Source of the DNA: Octopus sinensis
Taxonomy: Eukaryota
DNA: 64,000 nucleotides
NCBI RefSeq assembly: GCF_006345805.1
Contig: NC_043007.1
Span: 16,988,001-17,052,000, forward strand
Reading direction: 5' to 3'
Part shown: one piece after another, positions 49,377 to 63,045 of the stretch
Numbering within the stretch: position 1 is the first letter of the stretch
Layout of the letters: the number at the start of each line of letters is the position of its first letter
Notes under the pieces: generated by a model
What the model saw: only the letters and a program-made list of their open reading frames with translations
The model's database searches: none
Told to the model about the DNA's origin: nothing
Made by a program: the position numbers and the translations under genes

Positions 49377-49609
49377 AAGGTGGCGAGTTGGCAGAAACGT
49401 TAGCACGCAGGGTGAAATGTTTAGTGGTATTTCGCCTGCTACTACATTCTGAGTTCAAATTCTGCCACGGTCAACTTTGCCTTTCATCCTTTCGGGGTCG
49501 ATTAAATAAGTACCAGTTATGCACTGGGGTTGATGTAATCAACTTAATCTGTTTGTCTGTCCTTGTTTGTTCCCTCTGTGTTTAGCCCCTTGTGGGTAGT
49601 AAAGAAATA
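49377..49609 (+). mobile_element. SINE family A monomer (representative)
   Basis: A-box GGCGAGTTGGCAGAA and B-box GAGTTCAAATTC; 19-bp TSD GGTATGGCTTCATTTCACA. Other copies at about 9421-9620, 31480-31790, 31900-32100 and 36239-36460. Confidence 0.9.
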
Positions 49610-49889
49610 GGTATGGCTTCATTTCACAGCAAGGATCAATATGGATAAAACTCCATATATTTATTTATTCTTATTATCATTCATTTAACATCAGCTTTTC
49701 TATGTTTACATGGGCCAAATGGAATTTGTTGGCTAGGAAAGTACTCTTCCTGTCACCAACCTTCACTCGTTTCTGAGCAAGGTAATATTTTTTCCCATGG
49801 CTATAGGTATGTTTTTCAGAGACTGGAAATGAACAGCCTTACTTGTATGGTGATGATGCTCAGTGATAACCGTCATGTGATGTCTAGAC

Positions 49890-50074
49890 CAGTGTTCCAC
49901 AACCTTTTTTCACTTGGAGTACATTTATATTCTTTCCAAAATTCTGCAGCACACCTGAACTAAAAATATAACTAAAAGTAGAGGGAAAAAAAATTATATT
50001 CAGGTTACACTGCGGCACACCGACCATTGTCTTGTGGCACACCAATATGCCTCAGAATACCGGTTGCAGAGCAC
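49890..50074. mobile_element. hAT-like MITE
   Basis: CAGTGTTCCACAACC...GGTTGCAGAGCACT termini; left flank GTCTAGAC, right flank partly deleted. Confidence 0.55.
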
Positions 50075-50449
50075 TAGACAATGGTATGCACATACACACA
50101 CGATGGGCATATTTCAGCTTCCATCTTTCAAGTCCACTCACAAGACTTTAGTTGTGCCAGGCCTATAGTGGATCAAACGACAGTTGAAGAGGATAATAAG
50201 CCCAGGAAAGCTAAACTACTCAAAACCATGAACTTTTCACACTCATGGTCAGTTGCATCAGATCATTGGTGTTTTATAGAATAATCATATTCTGTCTGTC
50301 ATAGGTAGAACTTAGGGTAACAGTCACTTCTGCTACTTTAACTGGACTACTTGTTATATTTACCAACTGTAAAATCTATCTTGTTCCTCTCCTTTAATTT
50401 TAAAATCATCTGCTTCAGAATATGGTACAGAATTTCATAATCTGTTGAG

Positions 50450-50730
50450 TTGTTGTTGTGTAAGTTTTTCGTAAGAGTAGTTGAAAGTTTTATGAATTAA
50501 AATGTCTGCGCTCTACTTTTGATGTAGCTAAGCTGCATATGGTATTCGGCTGTAGTTACTATTGTTATTTTGTCTACCTTGGACTTATCTCCTACTCCCA
50601 GTTGTTACGCAGTTTTCCCTAGTGCTACCGATATTTGGAACCAGCCACTCTGCTATCTATTCTATTTACACAACTTGCAGCAGCTGATGTTGCAAGCTAA
50701 CTGGTTCATTGCAAACTTCGTCGTTTGCTA
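50450..50730 (-). mobile_element. R4/Dong-like LINE 3' remnant
   Basis: Weak similarity to the R4-type C-terminus (...LLLRKT) followed by an (ACA)n tail. Confidence 0.35.
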
Positions 50731-51171
50731 AGATATCCATTTCTAGGACAGTATGCGTTTGTGTGTTCATGTATATATGCATATGTGTATAATCAAAACC
50801 TTCAAATACACAGACACACGATGCACAAATACATGTTATTACTCTCTTGTAGTGTAACTATTTTTTTAAAGTATATCTTTGTTGTCCTCATTGCAATACC
50901 CCAGCATGGTCACATTTGACTGTTGTAACTAGTAAAAGAAATATCATAGTTTTTTTGTTTTTTATTCTTAATTAGTGATGTAAACTTTTTACACTTTGTT
51001 ATAATACAATGAGTTGGTTAGTTTTACAAACCCAGAAAACTTTGAAACTTCTACTACATTTCCATCCATCTTTGCCACCCACCAATCCTTGGGGGTGGGG
51101 ATAGAGTCCTTGGGCACCTCCTTCATAGAGCCCTATCAGAAGCAACTGGCATTACACTCCCCTAATTTTAA

Positions 51172-51238
51172 CTATATGTATGTGTGTGTATGTATGTATG
51201 TATGTATATGTATGTATATGTATGTATGTATATATATG

Positions 51239-51269
<31 letters not shown>

Positions 51270-51716
51270 GTATGTGTATGTATGTATGTGTATGTATGTA
51301 TGTATATGTATGTATGTATATGTATGTATGTATATATAAGTATGTATATATAAGTATGTATATATAAGTATGTATATATAAGTATGTATATATAAGTATG
51401 TATATATAAGTATGTATATATAAGTATGTATATATAAGTATGTATATATAAGTATGTATATATATGTATGTATGTATATGTATGTATGTATATATATGTA
51501 TGTATATATAAGTATGTATATATAAGTATATATATGTATGTATATATAAGTATGTATATATAAGTATATATATGTATGTATGTATATATATGTATGTATG
51601 TATATATATGTATGTATGTATATATATGTATGTATGTATATATATGTATGTATGTATGTATGTATATGTATGTATGTATATATATATATGTATGTATGTA
51701 TATATATGTATGTATG

Positions 51717-51748
<32 letters not shown>

Positions 51749-52621
51749 TGTATATGTATATGTATGTATATGTATGTATGTATATATAAATATATGTATG
51801 TATGTATATATGTATATGTATGTATGTATATATATATATATATGTATGTATATATATACATATGTATGTATGTATATATATATATATGTATGTATGTATG
51901 TATATATATATGTATGTATGTATATATATGTATGTATGTATGTATATATATATGTATGTATGTATGTATATATATGTATGTATGTATGTATATATATATG
52001 TATGTATGTATGTATATATATATGTATGTATGTATGTATATATATATATATGTATGTATGTATATATATATATATGTATGTATGTGTATATATGTATGTA
52101 TGTATATATATATATGTATGTATGTATATATATATATATATGTATGTATGTGTATATATATGTATGTATGTATATATATATATGTATGTATGTATATATA
52201 TATATGTATGTATGTATATATATATATGTATGTATGTATATATATATATGTATGTATGTATATATATATATGTATGTATGTATATATATATATGTATGTA
52301 TGTATATATATATATGTATGTGTATGTATATATATATATGTGTATGTATATATATATGTATGTATGTATGTATATATATATATGTATGTATGTATATATA
52401 TATGTATGTATGTATGTATATATATATGTATGTATGTATGTATATATTATGTATGTATGTATGTATATATATATGTATGTATGTATGTATATATATATAT
52501 ATGTATGTATATATATATGTATGTATGTATGTATATATATATGTATGTATGTATATATATATTATATGTATGTATGTATATATATATATGTATGTATGTA
52601 TAATATATATATATATGTATG

Positions 52622-52652
<31 letters not shown>

Positions 52653-52674
52653 TATATATATATATATATGTATG

Positions 52675-52705
<31 letters not shown>

Positions 52706-52726
52706 ATATATATATATATATGTATG

Positions 52727-52757
<31 letters not shown>

Positions 52758-52995
52758 ATATATATTATGTATGTATGTATATATATATGTATGTATGTAT
52801 GTATATATATATGTATGTATGTATATATATATGTATGTATGTATATATATATATATGTATGTATATATATATATGTATGTATTATATATATATGTATATG
52901 TATATATATATATAGTATGTATGTATATATATATTATGTATGTATGTATATATATATATATATATATAATGTATATATATATATATGTATGTATG

Positions 52996-53026
<31 letters not shown>

Positions 53027-53055
53027 ATATATATATATGTATGTATATGTATGTA
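51172..53055. repeat. Compound (TATG)n/(TA)n microsatellite, about 1.9 kb
   Basis: Direct inspection; includes a block of 14-bp TATATAAGTATGTA units near 51330-51460. Confidence 0.95.
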
Positions 53056-53528
53056 AATCTTCTGCTCAAAAAGAAGAATATTTCATGAATTTTAGTTAAA
53101 CACCTGATGATGAATACTTTAAAATATTCAATTTTAGAATTTCATTTTATTTTTTGATCTACAAATTTATTCCATGTCAGTAACAATATTTCCTCTGTTT
53201 CGTTTAAAACCTGCTAACATGAATATTTAAAAATATCTGGATGTCACAAACAATAAGAGTCTATTAGCGAATTCCTAATTTAAACTGTTTTGATGCACCA
53301 AAAGTTTTGGCTATTTACTGACAATGTTCTTTGTAGTTAAATGTATGTAATTTATATAAGGCTTGTAAGTAGAATGAAAAAAAATATACTGTAATAGAAA
53401 AGTTCCACTTGAGACGGTGCAGCTGCTGGCAGCGTCTGTTCCACCAGACTTATTATGGTAGGTGTTCCAGCTGCGATCATCCTGTCTTCTTATTCAGTTA
53501 CACTGCAACTAAAATTACATTATCTGTA

Positions 53529-53963
53529 GAGCGGCGAGCTGGCAGAAACGTTAGCACACCGGGCGAAATACGTAGCCGTATTTCGTCTGCCGTTACGATC
53601 CGAGTTCAAATTCCGCCGAGGTCGACTTTGCCTTTCATCCTTTCGGGGTCGATAAATTAAGTACCAGTTATGCACTGGTGACGATGTAATTGACTTAATA
53701 CCTTTGTCTGTCCTTGTTTGTCCCCTCTGTGTTTAGCCCCTTGTGGGCAATAAAGAAATAAGAAACGTTAGCATGCTGGGCAAAATGTTTAGCGGTATTT
53801 CGTCTGTCTTTATGTTCAAGTTCAAATTCCACTGAGGTCGACTTTGCCTTTCATCCTCTCAGGTTCGATAAATTAAGTACCAGTTACACACTGGGCTCGA
53901 ATATAATCGACTTAATCCCTTTGTCTGTCCTTGTTTGTCCCCTCTATGGGTAATAAAGAAACA
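53529..53963 (+). mobile_element. SINE family A dimer
   Basis: 10-bp TSD ATTATCTGTA (53519-53528 and 53964-53973). Confidence 0.9.
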
Positions 53964-56900
53964 ATTATCTGTATCATCAGTTTTTACATACAATAGGGTA
54001 TGCTTTGAGGGAGTTTTGACTGTTGTTTCTGACAGGTTAGGTGACTATTATAAAGCTTCTTGATATTGCAAATGATGGGGTGGTTGTTGTTTGACCTATA
54101 TCAGACTTGGTTATGTAGACTGACCTCTGATCAGAACAGTCTTCCAGCAGTGGAAAGCCAGTCTTTTATTCACTTAGTGTACATAGTCTGCATTATGTGG
54201 TGTGTAGTGACTGTGCAGCTGTTTCTGGCAGTCTAAAGCGACTGGTATAATTAATAGTAATAATATTAGTATCGCAACAATGCTTCATTTGAGCTAGTAG
54301 ATAAATTCTGTTGGTACTTAAGTGATAGAAAAAAATATACTGATCTACTGTCCTTTATAAGAAAGGCATTCAGGAGTCAGTAAAGGAGTGTTCGTGTTGT
54401 GGCTTATATCCTCAGATGATGAAAAGTATTCCATTTATAAGCATCTCGACTTGTTTCAGTCACGGGAGTGTGACCATGCTGGGGCACTGCCTTGAAGGGT
54501 TTAGTTGAACAAATCAACCCTAATATTTTATTCTTTTAAACCTTTAGCATTTAAACCAGCCATATCTGACCAAAAGTATTCTGCCTGTTTTATGTTCAAA
54601 CTGGCCAGATCTGGTCTCTCACACCAACCCTACAATATCATTTTAAAAATTAACAGCTACCTCATCAAAATCTCATAGCCTCAAGATAATGCATGATTAG
54701 TTCAAAACAACGAGGACAAAAAAGCATTAATTTTAGCAGAATAATGCGAACACTAAAGGGTTAAAGTCTGATATTCTATCAGTATCTTTCTGCTGAACCT
54801 TATGTCACTGGGACGTAAACAAAGCAACACCAGTTGTCAAATTGTTGGGTACGAACCAGACACACACACACACACACATTATGGGCTTTCACATAGTTTT
54901 CACCTATGAAATTAACTCACAACACATTGGTTGGCCTGGGGCTGTAGAAGACACTTGCCCAAGTTGCTGCAGAGTGGGACTGAACCTGAAAGCGTGTAGT
55001 TGCAAAGTAAGCTTCACAATAGTATGGTATGATTTTAGAGAGCTTTTGCTGTTATTTGTAGTGTGTCAAATGACCTTCTAGTCCAGTATTTTTCCATCAT
55101 TTTTTACCTACGAACTCCCTTGATTCCTATTTTACCTGGGTGGATCCTCAGAGCTATTCAATGTTTAAAAGAAAATCCTATTATATTTTTATCATTAAAT
55201 ACTATTAGGTATTGTGTAAAAAAAATAAGTAGAAGTATAACCAATTTGTTTCATATAAATTTTAACGACAAATTTTTATATTTGAATTTGAAATCGAACC
55301 AAATTCGTCGACTGGCACCCATGCCAACCTCCCTTCACTGGACACTAAACTCTGCTTGCAAAGACCTGTTGAGGCAGGTGAAATCGAAATTGAACCAAAT
55401 TTGATGACTGGCACCCATGCCAGTGGAGCGCTAACAGCACCATCCAAGTGGGATCACTGCCAGAGCAGCTGTCTGGCATGTAAAGTGTACCATTTGAGCA
55501 TGATCATTGTCAGCGTTGCCTCACTGGCACTTGTGCCTGTGGCGCGCGAACAAAACATTTGAGCGAGGTCATTGCCAGTGCTGCTGGACTGACTCTTGTG
55601 CAGGTGGCACGTAAAAAACACCATTTTCGAGCGTGGCCGTTGCTAGTACCCCCAGTCTGGCCCTCGTGCCGGTGGCATTTTAAAAGCACCTACTACACTC
55701 TTGGAGTGGTTGGCGTTAGGAAGGGCATCCAGCTGTAGAAACTCTGCCAGATCGGATTGGAGCCTGGCGCTGCCATATGGTTCGCCATTCCTCAGTCAAA
55801 TCGTCCAACCCATGCTAGCATGGAAAGCGGACGTTAAATGATGATGATGATGATGAACCCAGTTGAGAATTACTGGTGTATTGCTCTCGTGTTGAGTTAT
55901 GGAGATTTGATGTAATTCTTCAACATCACTGAATTTCTAACAAACTTTCCTTTTTTTTTACTCGAAAGATAGTGTGGTCACGGAATGAGTCAGATATTCT
56001 ATTTTTATTCTTTTTCTTTTTAAACTGAAATTTATATTTTTTTCTATGTCAGCAGACAACTACAGCTGTACCGACTGCTCTTATTCCACAATAACAAATA
56101 ATTTTTTAGACTGCGATGCATGTATCAGACGAGTGATGGTTTATGATTGTGTGAGCTGGGTGTGTAACAGTGTTGGCGTTGGCAAATTAAATCAGTGTGG
56201 TGGTGATGGGAGGGCGAAGGTAGTGTTAGCTGGCGGGGGGGGGGTAAGGACGAAAGATATTTAATCAGTGTGAATAAAGGCAGAATGACCTGGGGCAGGT
56301 GGTGAAATGGAGGTGGGGGACTGAGGGTGGAGTGATGGCAGTGTGACCCAATCAGTGGGAAAAGTGTTGAATGATCAAGGTTAAGATATGAACAAACCTA
56401 TGATTGTTCAGTTGTTGGAAAATAAATTGTTTACCACAGCTTTTGCGAATAATTTCTGAAATAAGTACCATCATCGTTTGGCAGGAGAAAGAAGTAGGAT
56501 TGGAAAATAGATGTAGTCGTGTTAAAACTAAGAGAGCCTGACAAAATTTCAAAAATAGATATTTTCTCCACATCATTTAAATTGCTTGATGACTGCCAAA
56601 TTTTTTTGCTTTTCGTTTTTCATTCCATTTTTTTCTTTGTCTTGTAATAAAATGTTGTGTAGTTGTTCTTGTCTACAAGTTGCTATTAAGATACGCTTCA
56701 TCAGTTCTACATGATGCACATGCACGTTCACACATGCAAATATGTTCCTCTGTGTGTGTGTGTGTGTGTAGGTGTCAGCGTGTGTATGTTAATATGTAAG
56801 TATTATTGTGGTTAAGGTTGTTTTTAAAACATGTGGCTCCAGGTTCAGTCCCATTGCATGGCACTTTTGGCACCTTCTACAGTAACCCTAGGCCGATTAA

Positions 56901-58202
56901 AGCTTTGTGAGGGAATTTAGTAGATGGAAACTAAAAGAATCCCATCATGTGTATGTATGTATGTAGTGTATATGATTCACACACATGTGAATGCACACAA
57001 TCACATGTGAATGTATACCCTTACATTTCACTGTGTTTATGTAGGAGTGGCTGTGTGGTAAGTAGCTTGCTTCTGGGTTCAGTCCCACTGTGTGGCACCT
57101 TGGGCAAGTGTCTTCTACTACAGCCTCGGGCCGACCAAAGCCTTGTGAGTGGATTTGGTAGACGGAAACTGAAAGAAGCCCATCATATATATGTATATAT
57201 ATATACACACACACACACATATATATATATATGTATGTATGTGTGTGTATATAACTGATGGTGGTGTGTTTACATCCCCATAGCAGTTTGGCAAAAGTGA
57301 CTGATAGAATAAGTACTAGGCTTATAAATAATAGGTCCTGGGGTTGATTTGCTCGAGCGACTAAAGGTGGTGCTCCAGTATGGCCGCAGTCAAATGACTG
57401 AAACAAGTAAAAGAGTAAAGAGCGTGTAAATATTGGTACAGGCATGGCTTTGTGAACAGTCAGTGTTGACACTGAGCTGCGACAACAATTACTGACATCA
57501 CTGTTTGGAGCTGGTCTACAGCTGGTGATGTTGGTTGATATTTTATGTCAACAAACCATCTGCTACATTCACACTTTGAATTTCCCCAGGAATAAAAACA
57601 AAAATGTCTTATATCTAAAACAAGTATTTAGCGACAGGAAGAGCAGCCTGCTGTAAAAAAAAAACAAAAAAACTCTGTCCCCTGTCTCGTATCCCTTCCC
57701 TGGGTCTGAGCCATTGCTTGCATAGAAAAACTTGCTAAATGAATGAATGGTATGTAATCAGGAAGGAGCCTCTCTGTCGTTGCTTGACTTACTAGAAATA
57801 GTCAATCAAAGCTTCCTCAAATCATACCTTACTGTTTTAAAGTAAAAGGCAGCAAAATATTGAATAATGCACTCTTACATCAATCGTTGTCCTGTATCTT
57901 ATGCTTTTGCAGTGGGTTGATAACACTACAAGGAAAGTCTTCCTGATTGAGTAAAGTTTTCATGTTGGCTGAAGCCATAGCATTACTTTCTTCTGGTTTT
58001 CTCAAAGTGTTTTCTTGGCAGAGATATTGGGATGCTTTGCCAATGCCTTCCCAAAGTCCTACATACCCTGTCTGAATGAAAAAGGTGGTCATTACTGGGA
58101 CACCTCTTAATATGCTTCATCACAGCTGACCAGTGATTAAAAAAAAAAAACAAGACAACACTGAGTAGCATGTACACATGAAATACAGATGTTAAACAAT
58201 AA

Positions 58203-58623
58203 GGATCTTTTCGGTTTGAACGGCAGTTTTTTAAAATAATTTCCACGTAACTAAACACTTTTAAACTTCGTATGCTGGTAGAATGTGTTTATAAAACATC
58301 TTTTTCTCTTGGCTTTATTGAGAAAATTCTATAGTTTGTAAGATATTGTTTTTTTTTTTAATTCAATTTCTGCAATTTCAACCAATCAATGACATCTATT
58401 TGAGGTGAAAACATTCTGTGCCGTATGAATATGTCCCTCGTTTAAGAAACAGATTGGGTTTATTTACATTTCTGAAGAAAAAAGATACCCTTCCCCCCAG
58501 CCCTAACCCTAACTAACCCTAAAACAGATTGAAATGCAATAGATCGATACTAGGGACATAATTATGGGTGACAATTTCATATGACACCGCTAGAAAAAAC
58601 TGCTGTTCAAACCGAAAAGATCC
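58203..58623. mobile_element. MITE family M1 (Merlin-like)
   Basis: Same TIR, TSD AACAATAA / AACAACAA (7 of 8). Confidence 0.9.
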
Positions 58624-58882
58624 AACAACAATGATGATGATGTTAAATAGAGAACAGTTTGTTATAACATGGGGTTCTGGACAATTCAAAACACTTCCTT
58701 GGCAACCAATTTCTTATTAATTTTGTCCCGACTTTTGTGATAAGTGTTGCAGTTTGGAGTTGAGCGGTTATCAAACCGTCTCCGCAATAACCTGAATTCA
58801 ATTCTCACTTATCTTGCACATTGCTACTGTCCTTGAGAAAGATATGTCACACAATCGCATTTCCACTTTGCTATTTATCTAA

Positions 58883-58918
<36 letters not shown>

Positions 58919-61900
58919 AAAGAGTAAGAAATCAATATTATCTTCCTGACATGTCTTTCCTCTCGTCTGTATCACCTCCGTGAGATGATGCTAGAATAGA
59001 TTTGTCCCAGCTTCCTGTTGTCCAGTGGCTAGTAAACAATGTTTATTGTCTCTCAACGCATCCTCGTTTTGGTCATTGTCATTGCTATGGTTACCATATA
59101 TTGATTGTTGTTCTTATTTAGCCCAAGTTGGCACCGAGTATGAAACCTATAACCATAGGGTTCATAATCATACGTACCCCAGTCATAACTATCTAATTTT
59201 TTTGTTTTCCTGATTTAAGATTTCTTTCAGACATGGCTATCTGGTTAAGAAGCTTGCTTTGCAATCACATGGTTTCTGGTTTAGTTCTATTGCACAGCAC
59301 CTTGGGCAAGTGTCTTCTACCATAGCCCTAGGCCAACCAATGCCTTGTGAGTGAATTTGGTTAGCAGAAACTTTGGAAGCTCATGTGTATGTGTCTGTAT
59401 TTGTCCTCCTCCCATCATTTGACAAGTGTTGGCTTGTTTACCTCCCCATAACTTTGCAGTTCAACAAAAGAGACCAATAGAATAAGTACCAGATATAAGA
59501 AAAGCAAAATAGATACTGGTGTTGATTTGTTCAATTAAACCTTCACGGTAGTGCCCCAGCATGGCCTCAGTCCAATGAGTGAAACAAATGAAAGATAAAA
59601 GGTATTTCTTGCAGGTTAAGCAACCATATAGAAGCACCTCAGCTTGTTATATGTTGAGTGTTGGCCACTGTGATGGACTGGCAAGCTCTTGATCAATAAG
59701 TCCTGTAACCCAGTCTTAATCAGAGCTAACCTTTTTTTTTGGTTTTATCTTTAGAGACAAGAGCCTTATAATTGATTGGTTACCTTTTTTTGGTCAAGAA
59801 AATTATAATCTTGCAGGAAGTTTACAACAAGACAATGCAATTGGTAGAATGTTAACTCTTGTAATCTTGAGTAATGGATGGTATGAGCCAGGACTACAGG
59901 CATTGAGTTTGTATTGTCTCTCTCGGAGGACTTTTAGCTAGGACATCATGGACAATTTCAAGAAATTCTTTGACCTGGCAGCTCTACAGGAAAGTGCTAC
60001 TTGTTGGTGATAAACTCTATGGGCGTCACTGTGTTGGAGCTGCAAGCAACTACTCTTGTCTGAAGTGTATGCAGGATGACAAAATTATCTAGCACTTGTT
60101 CAGTGCCTGTACATTGCTGATTTATTAGCTTATGTCAAACAGCTGTTACCATGTGGATCCAGCTCTCAGTTGAATGTGTCATTTTAGCTTCTTCAAGCAT
60201 CACTTAAAGAGGAAAGTGAAGGTGAACAGCAGAGTACTGTCCTCTAGTGATATTTATTCCTCTTTATGAAAGACGAGTGGTGAGGGTGGTAAAATTGACA
60301 TGGGTCTTACTTTAGTTAATGCAGTGCTGTAAATTGGTGACAAAGAATTGAGAGAAGGCATTTGCCTTTGGTGTGGTCAAGTAATTTGAGTTTGTGTGTG
60401 TGTGGTGCCCAAATCACACTTTGCAGTCTTTCCCATTCTGAAGATGCTTTCTTTTTAATCAATACTGTTATGGCTATTAATTAATATTTTATTAATCAAC
60501 ATCAACATCAAAAATCAATGGAAATTGTAGTTGTGATCCGTGTGCTGGTGGCATGTAAAAAGCACCATCCAAACATGGCTGATGCCAGGGCCGCCTTGAC
60601 TGGCTTCCGTGCCAGTGGCACGTAAAAAGCACCAACCAATCGTGGCTGTTGCCAGCCTCGCCTGGCACCTGTGCCGGTGGCACGTAAAAAGCACCCACTA
60701 CACTCACGGAGTGGTTGGTGTTAGGAAGGGCATCCAGCTGTAGAAACACTGCCAGATCAGACTGGAGCCTGGTGCAGCCATCTGGTTTGCCAGTCCTCTG
60801 TCAAACTGTCCAACCCATGCTAGCATGGAAAGAGGGCGTTAAACGATGATGATGATATACATATGTATGTGTGTGTATACATACATACATACAGGCTGGA
60901 GCCTGGTGCAGTCATCTGGTTCCCCAGACCCTGGTCGAACTGTCCAACCCATACTAGCATGGAAAAACGGACATTAAATGATAATGATGGTGATATCTTT
61001 GTTGATCTCACTCTTTTACTTGATGCAAAATCCTCTACTATATATTGTTGCTTTTGGTATTTCCCCTCGGTGCTGTCCAGAACATTTTGGCCTCTTGCAG
61101 CTGACAAAAAGGAATTATTATTGTGAATGTTTTTAACTTTGTTCCTCAACAGAATTGAAAAACTGCTGGGTACAATGTTCTTTTTTCCATTTCTCTGCTG
61201 TCACGAAGTTAAGCAGTAGTTTTGACTAGAGGAGAGAGAGCTGGTGTTGTGATTTAGTTGGCTGTTTGTCTCCTGTAGGAATTTGTTCCTTTGCTTCTAA
61301 TTATAAAGATTGTCATCATCATCATCATAACAGACTTTCTCATACTAATGTGGGTTAGAAGAGTGTTCAGCATAGTTTTCTGTCAGCTGATTGCATGCAC
61401 TGCAGCACAGCAGCCATTTAACACAACACACACACACACTCGCACGTGTGTGTGCACACATACACATGCACACATGCATGTAACTTAGTCTGTCTCCCAC
61501 TCACTGTCAAAAACGATGCACTAACAATGTGTATTTTTGTTGTTGTAGTATTAACACTGCAGTAGATCAATAATTGGTAATTTTTTAAAACTTACATATT
61601 AAAAGTATATTGTTCCCTTTTTTTTTTCCCTGAAATTTATTGCTCTTCACTGTTCTACCTCCTTTGTCCAGACAATTACTGTTCAGAAGACATTAAGACT
61701 GATGTATCCTCTTCATTGTCCATTAGAGCATGTTAGGCTATAGTAGAGAGTATGGTCAGCATGTTACCAGGTTAATCAAGGGAAAAAGCTGGAGTGGACT
61801 CAGTATATTTAAGGGACAAAACACTATATTTTTTGTAGATAGTTCAGCCTTTTCTTTAGCTTTATGAGGATCTAGAAATAAATCATGTTGCTGTTATTTA

Positions 61901-62837
61901 ATCCCATTGCAGATCTGTGATCAAAGGATTTCCAGTTATGAGTACCTTTTTTCCCCTATTATTATCAGGGTCTACAATCCATCTTTTTTAAGATAGTAGG
62001 GTGTCATATGAGAATGATTTGGCTGGTATTTCTAGCTAGTCAAGTGATCGTACTGAAACTGTCATTGGCATTAGATCATTATATATTATAATTTGAACCA
62101 ACATAGAATAAACTCTGATAAAAAATGTTGATTGCTGTCGTGTTATTGATGATAGCATTGATTTTTGTCTTTTAAAATCCACCTCAAAAATAGATTTTGT
62201 TAGAGGAAGAAAGAAGTACAATTAATAAAATATTTCTTATATCCTCAATATTTTACTGGTATTTACATACTGGGTGCAAGCATGGCAGTGTGGTTAAGAA
62301 GCTTCCTTCCCAACCATATGGTCTCAGGTTCAGTCCTACTGTTGGCATCTTGGGCATGTTTTCTACTATAGCACTCGGCTGACAAAAGCCTTGGAATTGG
62401 ATTTGGTATATGAAAACTGAAAGAAGTCCATCACATGCATGTGTATATAATATATATCATCACGATCATCATTTAACATCTGTTGTCCATGCTGGCATGG
62501 GTTGGATGGTCTGACCAGGGCTGGCAGTCTGATTTGGCATGGTTTCTACCGTTGGATGCCCTTCTTAACACCAACCACTCTGAGAGTAATGGGTGCTTTT
62601 ACATGCTACTGGCATTTGTGTGACATTGGTATCTGTCATGACTACAATTTCGCTTGGCTTGATGGGTCTTCTTCTCAAGCATGGGATAATGCCAAAGGCC
62701 TTGGTCATTTGTCATTGCCTCTGTGAGGCCCAAGGCTTGAACGGTGCTTTTTACTTGCCACATTGTCTCCATGAAGTGCAACGCTTTGAAGGTGCCTTTT
62801 ACGGGTTACCAGCATGTGGACCACTTATGTGACACCA

Positions 62838-62870
62838 ATATGTGTGTGTGTGTGTATATTTGCACATATA

Positions 62871-62909
<39 letters not shown>

Positions 62910-62974
62910 GCATGCATGTGTGTGTGTATATATATATATGTGCGTGTGTGTGTATATATATGTGTGTATGTATG

Positions 62975-63005
<31 letters not shown>

Positions 63006-63008
63006 ATG

Positions 63009-63042
<34 letters not shown>

Positions 63043-63045
63043 GTG
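62838..63045. repeat. Compound (TG)n/(TA)n microsatellite
   Basis: Direct inspection. Confidence 0.9.

Noticed and set aside
51168-53099. ORFs up to 633 aa
   Set aside because: Same microsatellite artefact; open in several frames on both strands.
53104-53110. CTGATGA hammerhead box
   Set aside because: Isolated; no matching GAAA/UH strands or stems nearby.
57880-58140. Possible mariner C-terminal fragment
   Set aside because: Similarity is too weak to support by eye.
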